A stretch of DNA of 40,838 nt. Source: Lenisia limosa (Eukaryota > Protista > Breviatea). Below are positions 12,301 through 24,300 of this stretch, one piece after another. The stretch lies in the NCBI GenBank assembly GCA_001655205.1, contig LPNZ01010565.1, positions 1-40,838 on the forward strand, read 5' to 3'. A program made the position numbers and the translations under genes. Position 1 is the stretch's first letter; the number at the start of each line of letters is the position of its first letter. The notes below the pieces were generated by a model. That model did not search any database. It had not been told where the DNA came from and worked only from the letters and a program-made list of their open reading frames with translations.

Positions 12301-15300
12301 ATTGCTACTCTCCACAACTTTTTTTCAATAAGAAGCCCTCACAACATCTCTCACATTTTCATGAAGGAATTTGCCGGAAGGACACCCCGAACATAGGTCG
12401 GGATAAGCATAGCATGAACCGCACGTATCACTGCAATCTGAAGAGGTATTATTTTGATAGATACGATAAAAATAAGGTAAATTAGTATTTTTTTTTGATA
12501 AGAGAGGGGTGTTATTTGGGAGAGTTATCGTGAAATAAGTTATTTAAAACTTATGAGTGATTTTTAAAATTGATATGCACCAGAATGTAAAAAAAAAAAA
12601 AGCGAAAAGTACACAAATGTGAACAGAAAAAACGGCAAATAAAACCTCTTAGGAATATAATACTTCCAGCAAACTGTAGCAGGTATTGGACCTTAACTGA
12701 GACACCATTCCAGCTTCGCACTCCTGACAAAAGGGCGCAATGTCATGGGAAATTGCTACGTTGTCCATCTCACAGATCTAAATGGTGAGGGCTTCCGAGA
12801 ATCAAAAATAGATTCAAAAAAGGAAGGTTAACAAACGGCAAAAGGGGCATGGAAATTTTGTTTATGCTGGTGGTATCCCAATATTTTTTTTTACTTAGAT
12901 TATATTTCTAATTCGCACCCCCCTCATACCTTACACGAACCGTCATTATAATCGAAGCCATCAGGGCAAGTACACCCATCATGAATTTCAAACGTGTCGG
13001 CATGAGGCCAGCAGCCGGAATATGTTACATCATTGTCCTGTTGTTAGATTATTCGGCTTAACTTCGGTTCGAAAGATGCCGATGAAATCTCGATTGTTAT
13101 CAGGAATTTTTCGAGAAATTCAGTCTTATTTCAAACCAAAGTGAAGCCATAACTGGATAAATTGGGCCAACTGCCGGAATATAATATATATCATACTCCT
13201 GTAAATATTAGATTATCGGGTCATATCATTTAATACCTGAAAATGAGATTATCGGGTTAAAGTGGGGTAGAAGCAGGGGTGGGGGAAAGGTGTATCGGGG
13301 CAGACCGATGAAGGCATTAAAACATCTGTCTTTGTGCATCCTTAATACCGGGAGGGGGAGGCTTGTGTAAATCAATAAGACCAAAGAAAGTGTCACAGTG
13401 ATTGCATAGGCAAATGTAGTTCCTTATTTTCACAGAAACAAAAATTGTTTGATGGGGAAAACCAACATTTCGGTACTGCATGTCGGCAAGAGGATACGCT
13501 TTGCCCATATAGCAGAATTCGGACTTATCGCTACAGTTGCAGTTCGCACCCAATAGATTAGTACAGCTTTTGCAGTTGAGGACAGAGAGCGATGATATGC
13601 CTGTTGTCATCACTAGATGCGTTAGGGTGTGGGTGTGAAGGATAAAAAAATCCCTAGAATACATATTTGGTGGAATAAATGTTAATAAAAAAAAAATTAA
13701 GCATGTAAAATGCATAAATTGTATGAGTCATTATTTCAAGCCTTAATCACAGGCCTACTCATTGGGCAAATAGTACACCTCATCTGGTCGAGATCGAGGA
13801 ATGAACCTTGTTCGCAAACGTTTGTATCACTGAAGCGCTGTCTGGAAGGTGAAATGAAAGAAATATGATATCATCGGATTAAAGGTATTGAAATTTTTTT
13901 TAATGGCATCCCAACCAAGTGTATGGTATGAATAATAAGGGGGGGGGGGGNNNNNNNNNNNNNNNNNNNNNNNNNNNNNNNNNNNNNNNNNNNNAAAGTT
14001 GTGCGAGGTGATAATAGAAGTAACCTAGATAGGTGACATACATATTCCATATGATATCATATCGATATGGTATATATTTTTTTTAAAACAAATTTAACAA
14101 AAAAAGTTGGCAAGACCCCCTTTCTCTCACTTTATCGAATTTAGTTTACTGTTGACAATCGTAACACAAGTAGATCCATTGGTAGAGATGTAGTCGTTAC
14201 TGTCCTCACATCTGAAGAATCAAATATAGATGATAGGTATTCTGAAAGAAAAAGAAAAAAATATCAAGTAATACTTCAAATCATGGTGCAAAGTTTTTGA
14301 AGTCGTCATGAATCCCAAGGTCCAAGTAGGCCAGATCCAATTACTTCAGAATTTCGCCATTTGATGAGCCCATTGAGGGCGTTTCACATGCTCCGGACGC
14401 GCCCACAGTAAAACCAGTAGGGCAGTTGGTAAGAACACCTCGATTGGAGAATAACGCTGGAATATGTAAATGTAAAGAGCTGAATAATAAGATTGGGGAA
14501 TTGAGCTGAGGAAAAATTGTAGAAAATGAGCTAATAAACAATATTTAAGTGTAGAATAAAATCATAAGGTTTTGCAAATAAGCTAAACACTTAGTAGAAT
14601 AGAGTTAATGATATGATATGATTCGAGAAGAGTTACATAAAAACTAGACTGGAAAATAAAGTTATGAAAACAAATGGGAGAGACTGCAAACAAATGGGAG
14701 AGACTGGAGTTCTTGAACAATAGAACAAGTGTAAGAATGTTTCTGACAAGTCATAGAGCAGAGACTCCCCATCCTCCACCCCTCCTCCCCATCCTACGGG
14801 GGTTTCCAAGAAGAAGAAGACATTCTACTCCATTAAAATATCGTCCCTGGGTGCAGAAGCAGTCACCAAGATCATGGTTCAGAGACATGGACCTTCCGAA
14901 TGTGCACACTTCCTGTCTCACTCCGTCTGACATATCTGGAAAGGTCATATCAACCTGACAGTTAAATTCTATGATAAATTGGGTGGAGTGGGATATATTT
15001 TTTGTAGTAAAACCTCTTTGAGATATCCCCCTATTGTTTTAACTTATCATAAAGCAAGGTTTCAAATTAGAAAGCTATTAGATCAATTATCATCAAATAG
15101 GCCTTCCTTGGAGCGAATTTTTATAGGTTTTTACTGGAAAAAAGGGAAATGAAACTTGCTTTATTACAATAGGACACAGAGCAAAGTTGAGCGTGTTTCC
15201 CATTTGAACCCTTTGCAAATGTATTCAAATACAGCATAATATATCATCATTAATGCAATACCATCATCATACATATATATTACATGATCAAAATACAAAC

Positions 15301-18300
15301 GAATAGGTAGGCTAGGATATTATAATGGAAAAGACTTTTAACCAGGCATCCAAACCTAATTATTAAGAAATGTTCAAGACCCGGAAAATACTTACACTCC
15401 TCGTATTTGGAATGGTTAGTGTAGCATTTGCTCACATGAAGAGTTAACACAGCTGACTCCAGCATCATTGAACATCCCTGGTGGGCAAGGGTAGAGTCCT
15501 TGTCTGAGAACTTGTGTAGAGACTTCACAAGCATTCTAGATTTTTCTTTTATAACAAAAGATTCTTCTCATATTGAACCAGCATTAGCGAGTGGGGTGAA
15601 GTGACTGAATCTCTTCTATAAGGACCACTGCATCCAAATAATATGATTAATATCTTTGGTTTTTGAACAGCTACTAGCTGTACGTTTGGAATATATATCT
15701 ACAAACAAATATCCTTATAACCTAGATCGTGTGTACGGATTCAGTTAGGTGCTATAAACACTATCTTTAATGTGATTACATGATGGCGTTGATGGCTTTG
15801 ATCTCTAAATAAGAACATGATAAACTTGCGTGATAATAAAGCTACATAACTGCATAATGAGGAGAGATTTGGCTGGCTACACCGCCATAAATAAATAGGG
15901 TATCCCCGATTAGGGAATATGTACCAGCTCGATGGGGGATATTAAACCAAAGGTGGCTACCAACCTGAGGGAAGGGAGGGGGGTCAGGTGTTTGGGCGAA
16001 TTAACGTACCATGTGGATATGAGATGCGGAAGGGGAACTACGAGCTGTTCGAGTGTACTTAGGGCAGGAATAAACGTCTTTTCCATTTGGACAATAGTGG
16101 TGTGCCGGACAGGGATCGCAGGACGAGGCGTTAACGTTGGGATAGTAGCCTTGACCACAGGGCTCACATTTCATATCGGCAGCAGTGGGCATTGGGTTGT
16201 CTAGAATTGTGATTGATAGTGCTGGTATCGGTTCAAAAAAATACTGAATTGCTCGATATAATCTCGAAAACTATCAATATTTTACCAGCATTTTTCGGAC
16301 CGAAGAGAAACCATTGTGATAAAACAAACAAAATTGTATTGTCTGTTAGAAATACAAATACTATGATATATAATATAGTATTAATACATATTACATATTA
16401 CATATAGTATATGATATATATAGCTCACTATCAAATATAATATGTATTGTATCTGATATTGTAAACATATAATATGGAAAGAAGAAATGTGAACAAGTTG
16501 AGAGAACCATAGGAAAACAAAACAATTAGGAAATACCAAAAAAAAAAAAAAGAGGTTGTAATAGAACAATTTATGACACAAAAAGGTACCGGTTACCCAC
16601 AAATGAGTTTCTCAGAAAGGCTACATTTGAAATCGGAAATGGGCGAATTGACAGATTTAAATTGTTGCTGAAAGGTAAATACTATTTATTATACCTAAAA
16701 ATTAGTTTTCTTGTCTTCCTATATTTAATGTATTTAGTATATTTTCCCTTTCAATGGTTAACGAGGAAAGAATCTTCACTACGCAACTTTTTATTTACAA
16801 TACTTTGAGTTTCTGGAGATAGAAAGATAAAATAACCCATATAATTATATAATACTAATTGTGAAAAAGCTATAATCAAAATGCACTGAGAAATTCAATT
16901 CAATTCACCCACCCCTCTCATTGTCATGACCACACAGCCATAGACGGGATCAATCGCGGAGTCTTTTGAACACTCCTCACAAATACCCTTGATTGAGAAT
17001 GGTGCTACAAAGATGAATGTGTTCAAAGGAGTCTCAATAAGATTGTGCCTACTTGGCCATCAATACATAGTGTGCTATCTTTAAGTTCGAACAAATACTT
17101 GATATCTCGATATACCCTCGAAAACTATCGAAATTTTATAGTATTTTTCGGATTGAAGTGAAACCCTAACTATCACGCGGAACGTTTAACCGTGAGGTTG
17201 GGCATTCTTTTAGCTTTCTTAAAAGTGTTATCTCATATGTATCGTTTTGTTAGAAGAACGCCAAACAAACCTTCCGGGGGACATTTGGTGATTACATTTG
17301 TTGCCGAATCAACTGTATAGCCAATAGGAGCGTATATACAGTAACTTCCTGGTATACCAGTGAAAACTTCACCTAAAATAGTAAGAATTAAAAAAGCTGA
17401 ATTCTGTTGTTTTCATATTTACAATTCAGGCGTTGGAATGATATGTCTGGGGTTACATACCTTCTTGACATTTTTTACAAGTCCCTTTGTCATCATAGTA
17501 CAAGGGTTGCTAAAATATCAATCAACACTTCATTCAACTTAATAAAAAAATTGGTACAAAAATCATTTATTTATGAAATATCAACTATTTGCATGCCTTC
17601 TCAATTGAATGCTGACATTTCAATCATTAATTGTAGAGAAAGTATGTACACAATGAACTCATCATAATAATTAGCAACAACGTTGTGACCTTTACATTAC
17701 CACCTAGTATTTATGTTTTAACCAGCTTAATATCATAATCACAAATGCGAAAATGTTAAAAGACTATTATTATATGTCTCAGATTCACTCAGTATAGCCT
17801 ACGCATTTCAAGGAGTTCAAAGGCTCTAAACCTGAACAGGTTAAATATACATATAAACAAACAACAATGATTATGGTAATCACCAAACTGTACCATTCAT
17901 ATGGGAGGAGAAAAAAGCATGAATATGCAATCACATAATACACATACAAATATATCGTATACAGATATAGTATACATATAACATAGTATATATGATATAT
18001 GACTATAAATACTTACTATCATACTATCAAACAACTCTATCAATAATAAAGCATCTTGTCGTAGATTCTCAAAGTATTTAATTATTTAAAAAATTATAAA
18101 AATAACAGGTGGATTTAAAAAATGAGGTAAGAGTACACCGACTGACCTTGAAATATACAGTTCCGCATGTCAGCAGTGTTGTTCAAATAAGGCACAAAGC
18201 CACTCGTGCATTTTACACATCTTCCGTTCCCCCAGAATTCGTCAGGCGAACAAGGCTCGCAGTCAGTGATGGACGTTGAACCCGTCTTGCCATTGCCGAA

Positions 18301-21300
18301 TCCTGGTGGACACCTGGATATTGATTATTATTAACAACAAAAATGATAGATATGATAGGAAGTATAATCTTGGGAAACAAAGAAATACATTGGCATAATT
18401 ACTACAACTCTACGCATTATGATCTCTAAGTATCCTCCTCTCTTCGCCTTTCGACCAGGACTTCACTTCGGTTCGAAAAATACCGGTAAAATATCAATAG
18501 TTTTCGAGGAATCAAGAAATCCAGTCTTTTATTGAAAAGAAGTGAAGCGTTACTTTTGACTTATAAATATGTAGAAAAAAAAAAGTGAGTAGTCCACATT
18601 ATCACGCTAATAAAAAATACTGGATTTCGTATCACATTAATTCAACCTGCTATTCACTATGGTAAATTATTACTCAACTTCTACTCAAACTCACAATTTT
18701 TATGTTTGGTCAGTTTATAAGCTGCCCACGCTCACAATTTACAAGCATGGTTGCCGACGTCAGGCTTATAGGATCTTGTTTTACATGGCAAACACTCGGT
18801 ATCCCTGAAGCATTAAAGTTGTTCTGAAATAAAAGAAAGTTTAATCGTTATCAAAGAAGGTGTTACTCCATTGGTACAGAAGTTAGAGTAATATATCGAT
18901 ATGTGAATTATATGAAGTGTTCAAGGGTAGAAAGCAATTGGACTTAGCAGACAAGTTTAGTTTGAAACTAAGTTCATAAAGAAGCAACGCTTATTATGTA
19001 ACCAAAATACGATAATAGAATGGATTATCTATACTTCTAACCAATCTTTATAAAAAACAATACCAACTCACTTATAATAGAAACCTGGCTTGCAAACGCA
19101 TGCACTAAAGAGTTAGAAAACAATACGTATTGATATATAAAAGGAGGAAAAACAAAACCAACATATTCAGAGAGGAAATAAAACATCAAGGGGGAAATAA
19201 GAGAATGTGTAAAGGTTATATTAGTAAAAAAAAACAACCTACTACAAGCCAACATACTCGGAGGTTCCACCTTTATAGAGAGACTGACAGTTGTCTGCGG
19301 CTGGATACGGGAACACCCCAGTGTAATTAACGTAAAATCCTGTCTCGACTACGACACCGTCTGGACCTAGCCCGGGCATTGTCATACAACCGTACTGAAA
19401 AACAGTTAAAAAGGCTGGAAACTGGACTATAAATATGTTATTAATACTACCCTACGTCTATATATTCAGGAATTTAGAAGATTGATTCAATTTACTTGTT
19501 TATTATTGAATGACAATGTATAAGAGCAAATAGCATCACATATTTTGATACTTATTAACTGAGCAAGTACATATCATAAACAAAAAAACAATATTTGTAA
19601 ATGCTAATGATAGAGAACCTTCTATGTAACACCCTAGTTTGGTTTATGTCAGACTAAAGTTTAAAACACAATCAAAACAAAATTCAATAAAATTAGTTTG
19701 ATATCTGGTCAAAAGTCCAGCAAAAATCCAAATCTGGCCTTCGAGCAAACCTGTGCTAAAGGATCTGCAATTTGATAAGGTTTGTCACAGTGAACACAAA
19801 AGGACACTGCGAATCCCCTCTGCCCTTCTGGACAGGGAACACCCCATCCGTCAATCGCGGCGTAGTAATGGAATGGCTAAGAAATTGAAGAATGTCAGGA
19901 GGTAAAAAATATATACTAATTTATTGATGGAATAACAAGACAAACCAAACTGTATGAAGAATAACAGGATAAACCAAACTATATGAAGAATAACAGGATA
20001 AACCAAACTGTATGAGGATACATTGAAGAATGGAGACTGTCAAAAGATATAATAACTAGGGCAATAACAGATTCCAACTTGAATTCTGGGTTAGGATTCT
20101 AGTTTGGTGGTACTAACACTACGTTTCGAAAAGAAGGAGTGGTAAGTACAAAAAGAACACAAACAAGGAATGCAAGAAGTGAAATTTTGACAATCTCTAT
20201 TGTCTAATTAGTCAGAATGAGTATACCTATAAAAAGGTATAAAAAGTTGCATCTGTGTCCACATACCAGTGATGCATGATTGTCAACACACGTTGTGAGC
20301 GTTCCAAATTGGAACACCAGTTTACCTGAGGGGCATTCACACGCTGAGCGAATTGACACCCTCATGCCTAAAATCCATTAAGCGCATTCAGCAAAACTTG
20401 AATAGCAAGATCATACAACACACATATTCACAAAATCAAAAAGTATTAAATATTTAAATATATGGACGCATCCACATATCCATATTGACATTTTTTTTAT
20501 ATATATTTCTGATTACTTTTTAACAGAACGTACATTTTAGCTTGAAATTTGGGTAACCTACCATCATAAAGCAGATTGCGGCCTTGAAGGGGTACTGGAC
20601 AAGATTTGACATCGCTTTCGTTCTAGAAAAAGGTCATTCTTGCCATAATCTAATTCGATACTCAAATTGTGCCAAATAAAATATACAATACTATTTCTTA
20701 TTAAATTAGAATTCCCCAAACCAGCAGCATATATTTACCCTCCACAATCCCCCGCGAATACCGCGTTATCTACTTCGACATAGAATCCGATTGCAGGCTG
20801 CTTGTGAACACCGCCCTCTACATAAAAGCCCTGTGAATCTGTAAGTGTTGCTATGGAAATCAAAACCACCTCTATTGGCTGTAATTAATAAGCCAATAAG
20901 TAGTCGGTAAAACAAATACATTTTAATTTTAAACAAACACAGTATATTAACTTACAAGCTAATAAACTCCTTCTCACAGACCTTATGAGCTTGAAAGCTG
21001 CAATCCAGCCCGGCAAAGCCTGAGTCACATTCAAAAGAGACATATGGAGCAAGAGTGTTGTGCGTGTTGGGCGGTAACTATATTGTTGGAACCGAACAGT
21101 AATCATAACACAAACACAGAGTAAACCCTGGATTTTGACTAAATTAAATGATAAATGCGCAAAATGGTGAATTTTTCGCATAAAAGAATCCAGTTAAATT
21201 GTATGCTGCTGCGCAGAAACCGTGTCATATATTCGATATCGTGTCATTTATTATGTAATCGGAGCCATTTTCAAAAGGAAGGGTGGAAGGTAGAACCTTA

Positions 21301-24300
21301 TTGAACGAAATAAGTTCAGAATCAGGCGTGTTCTGCTTGATATGAAAGGGATAGTCTTAACTGGAACTCTATTTCCTCTTTTACCCATCTTGATTCTGCA
21401 AGCGATTACTCATTTGAAATCCCCCGTTCATCATTCATAAAATGCTATAATCGACATGTGTCTCAATTGGAAAAGCAAAGAAAGGAATCTGGGAATGGAG
21501 CATTTGGCATGATGAAAGTAATTGATACAAAGCCTAACAGGAAAGCAATCTCTGAAAAGGCCAAAAAATCTGTTGTTGATATTACTAAAGGTCTCAAAAA
21601 GATGTGAACCCGTTGAATATTCACCTTTTAGAATGGTATTAAGGCGCATATGAGCCTTTTAGTTCGAAAAATGAAAAAGGCTGATGAAAATAATCTTGGA
21701 AGTTTTTCAAAGGTTACAGAACAACTTAGAGCACTGACAGAGCCGTCAAACCTTGACCTGAATCGACAAAAGGCAACTCAGGTAGGCTTTATTTTCTTCC
21801 TCTTCACATTTTTAGCCTGAAAACTGTATGACCAACATTTCTGAAAGCAGATTGATGAGTTATATCTTGTTTAAATCAAAAACTGTTAACACACAAAACC
21901 GTAACAAAGTTGCTTTCCAAGCATAAATGACTATGAAAGCAATGGAAGCAATTGAAACCAGACAATTGACGCTTATTAGACATTTGATTGATGAAAAACT
22001 TGAGCTTTGTTTGTAGATCATTGAGTTACTCTTCAGCAAAAGAAGTATTTGTCTCTACTTTTGATCCAATATTTACAAATTTTGTATCAAATACGTAACG
22101 TGAATTATCACTTGACCTCACTGTAACAGATCTTAGAAAAATGAGTATTTATTTCTTTCACTGACCAGTTTTAGTCAATTCAAGAACCACTGGAAGCAAG
22201 TGTAGCAAATTCATATTGCTTGAATATCGCGGAACAATTAAATAAAGTTGCCCCTGCATGTGATTTAGATCCCGACAGGGTAATTATGTTTGATGAAATC
22301 GCTTTTATGGTCGGAAAGTGGGATGGTGTAAAGAATCGGCCAAATGGGTCTGCGATTTCAATGTCAAGTTTAAGCGGTCACATTGTGAAATCTCCTCTTA
22401 TTCTTGAGGGCGAAGATTTCTGCTCGAAAGCTAAAAAGCGTGATGCTGTTGTCTTTGACCAACAGCCGATCCTAAAAGTTATGGCCTAAATCCTGTGTTG
22501 AAAGATAGGATTCAAACTGTAAACAACGCCGATTTCAGCCCCAATGATATCTGGAAGGCATGTCCTGAAGCAATCAAAGCTGCAAAGGATCGTGGAATGA
22601 TGGTAATTGTTGTCAATAAGAGTGGATACCTCACCACTGAATCATTCCTAATGTCAGTTGATATCATTGCAAAATCTCTTGGTGCTTCTCCTTGCAATCC
22701 CCTTTTCTTTATTGGAGATGGTGCGCGTCCTCATGTTACTCCTGAAGTAAACCGTTGGGGTACTTGTTAATCCTCCAGGTTCACTGTTCGTCTTTTGCAA
22801 GAAGTGATATTTGAAATCGAACCTCCTTTATGTCACATTTTTTTACAGTTAGTCACTATTACTAATGACTTCAAGGTTGCGGATAGTCTTTACCATTCAA
22901 AAGTCANNNNNNNNNNCTGAATTCAAGAAGGTTGTTTTCTTTGTACATATATATAACACAGGGGAATGACTGAATGTGAAATGGCAACAATTCTGGCTAA
23001 ATCATTGAAAAATCCTTCTGCTGATGTCATAACATTCTCTCAAAGGGACTGTGGGTATGGATTTACAGCCCTGATGGATTTGACCCTCATACTATAAAAA
23101 TTGGAAAAATTCAAAATGGTGCATTGTACAGACCAACTGAAAGAGGGATATCCGAAAGTTTCAAGGCCCTATTTGAAAGTACTATATAGTTTCAGTTATT
23201 GCTTTGCTCCGTAGGAAGCGCCTAACCAGTACCTTCCTGTTCCAAGAAAACCAACATTCATGGAAAAGCCTTCAGTTTCTGAAACTGCTGAATTCAGAAG
23301 AGCCGCTCAGATCTTAGATTCTGGTGAAGATCTCGCTCCAGATCAAGCCATTGCGCTGCAAGCCAAAGCCATGGTTTTGAATGATGAAGCAGTAGATACA
23401 CTCAGTGATGTTGAAAAATGATTCTTACAGGGGTCTGCAGCGACATTGGCTGTTCTTGAGTTACGAGATAGCTCTGTTCTCAAAAAGCTTACGTTAATAT
23501 CCAGAGGAGCCTGAAAACCAAAGTAATATTCTTGAATCTGTTGTGAAGTCTGTTTTAAACATCGGTCTTCAACTGATATTATACTAAAGCCCGTATAATT
23601 CTTTGTTTTAGAACGCGGAGAACAAGTGGTGTCAATTCGTCCACTTGTTCTCCGCGTTCTAAAACAAAGAATTATATTTAAGCTTGGTAGTACTAATATA
23701 TTGTTATCTTTTAGATCATTGGAACAAAGGATGAATTAAAACCTGATAGAGCGCACCCAACAAAGGTGGAATTCTTGGGCCAAGCGATAAGACTGTCACA
23801 AAGTTGAAGGAAAAGAGGAAAAAAAATCCGAAAAGTAACTGTAAAAATATATTTTGATTGCGAAAAGTGAAGTGGTTAAGATTGAAATGGACTAAGGGCT
23901 AAAGGCATAACTCTTTTTTGGGGAGAAAACCAAAAAAAAAAGATAAGATATCGAATAAATGCACGGTTTCTGCGCAGTAGCATATTTTAAAACAGCCAAA
24001 TTCTCTGTACATTCCAACTATAATCCAACCAACTGGTAAACATTCTGTGGCGGAGAAGAAGGGATTATACGTTCCTTCTGGACAGGAATGGACGGTGCTA
24101 TTCATTGCATAGAACCCTGGAGTTGCCGACTTGTGTATTAAAAAATATTGGAAAGATTATTTAGATTTGATAACGATAGAATCTAAAAAAATCTTTTTTA
24201 AAAGAAACAATCAGGAAAATATCCATACCTCGCAATTAAATCCCTTCTTGAAGTGTCCTGGGGGGCATACCCTGGATGATGATAAGTATATCACAAAGTA

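Larger units (their letters stand above)
21204..23982 (+). mobile_element. pogo-like (Tc1/mariner superfamily) DNA transposon fossil, 2.8 kb, inside an intron and antisense to the host gene
   Basis: Left TIR 21204-21240 is tgctgctgcgcagaaaccgtgtcatatattcgatatc. The reverse complement of right TIR 23947-23982 is tgctactgcgcagaaaccgtgcatttattcgatatc (2 mismatches, 1 indel). TA flanks both ends (21202-03, 23983-84). A decayed transposase lies inside. Confidence 0.85.

Noticed and set aside
19930-20017. 29-bp repeats, and the dispersed MITE repeats, as a CRISPR array
   Set aside because: The tandem units have no spacers, the MITE copies are kilobases apart in both orientations, the context is eukaryotic and there are no cas genes.
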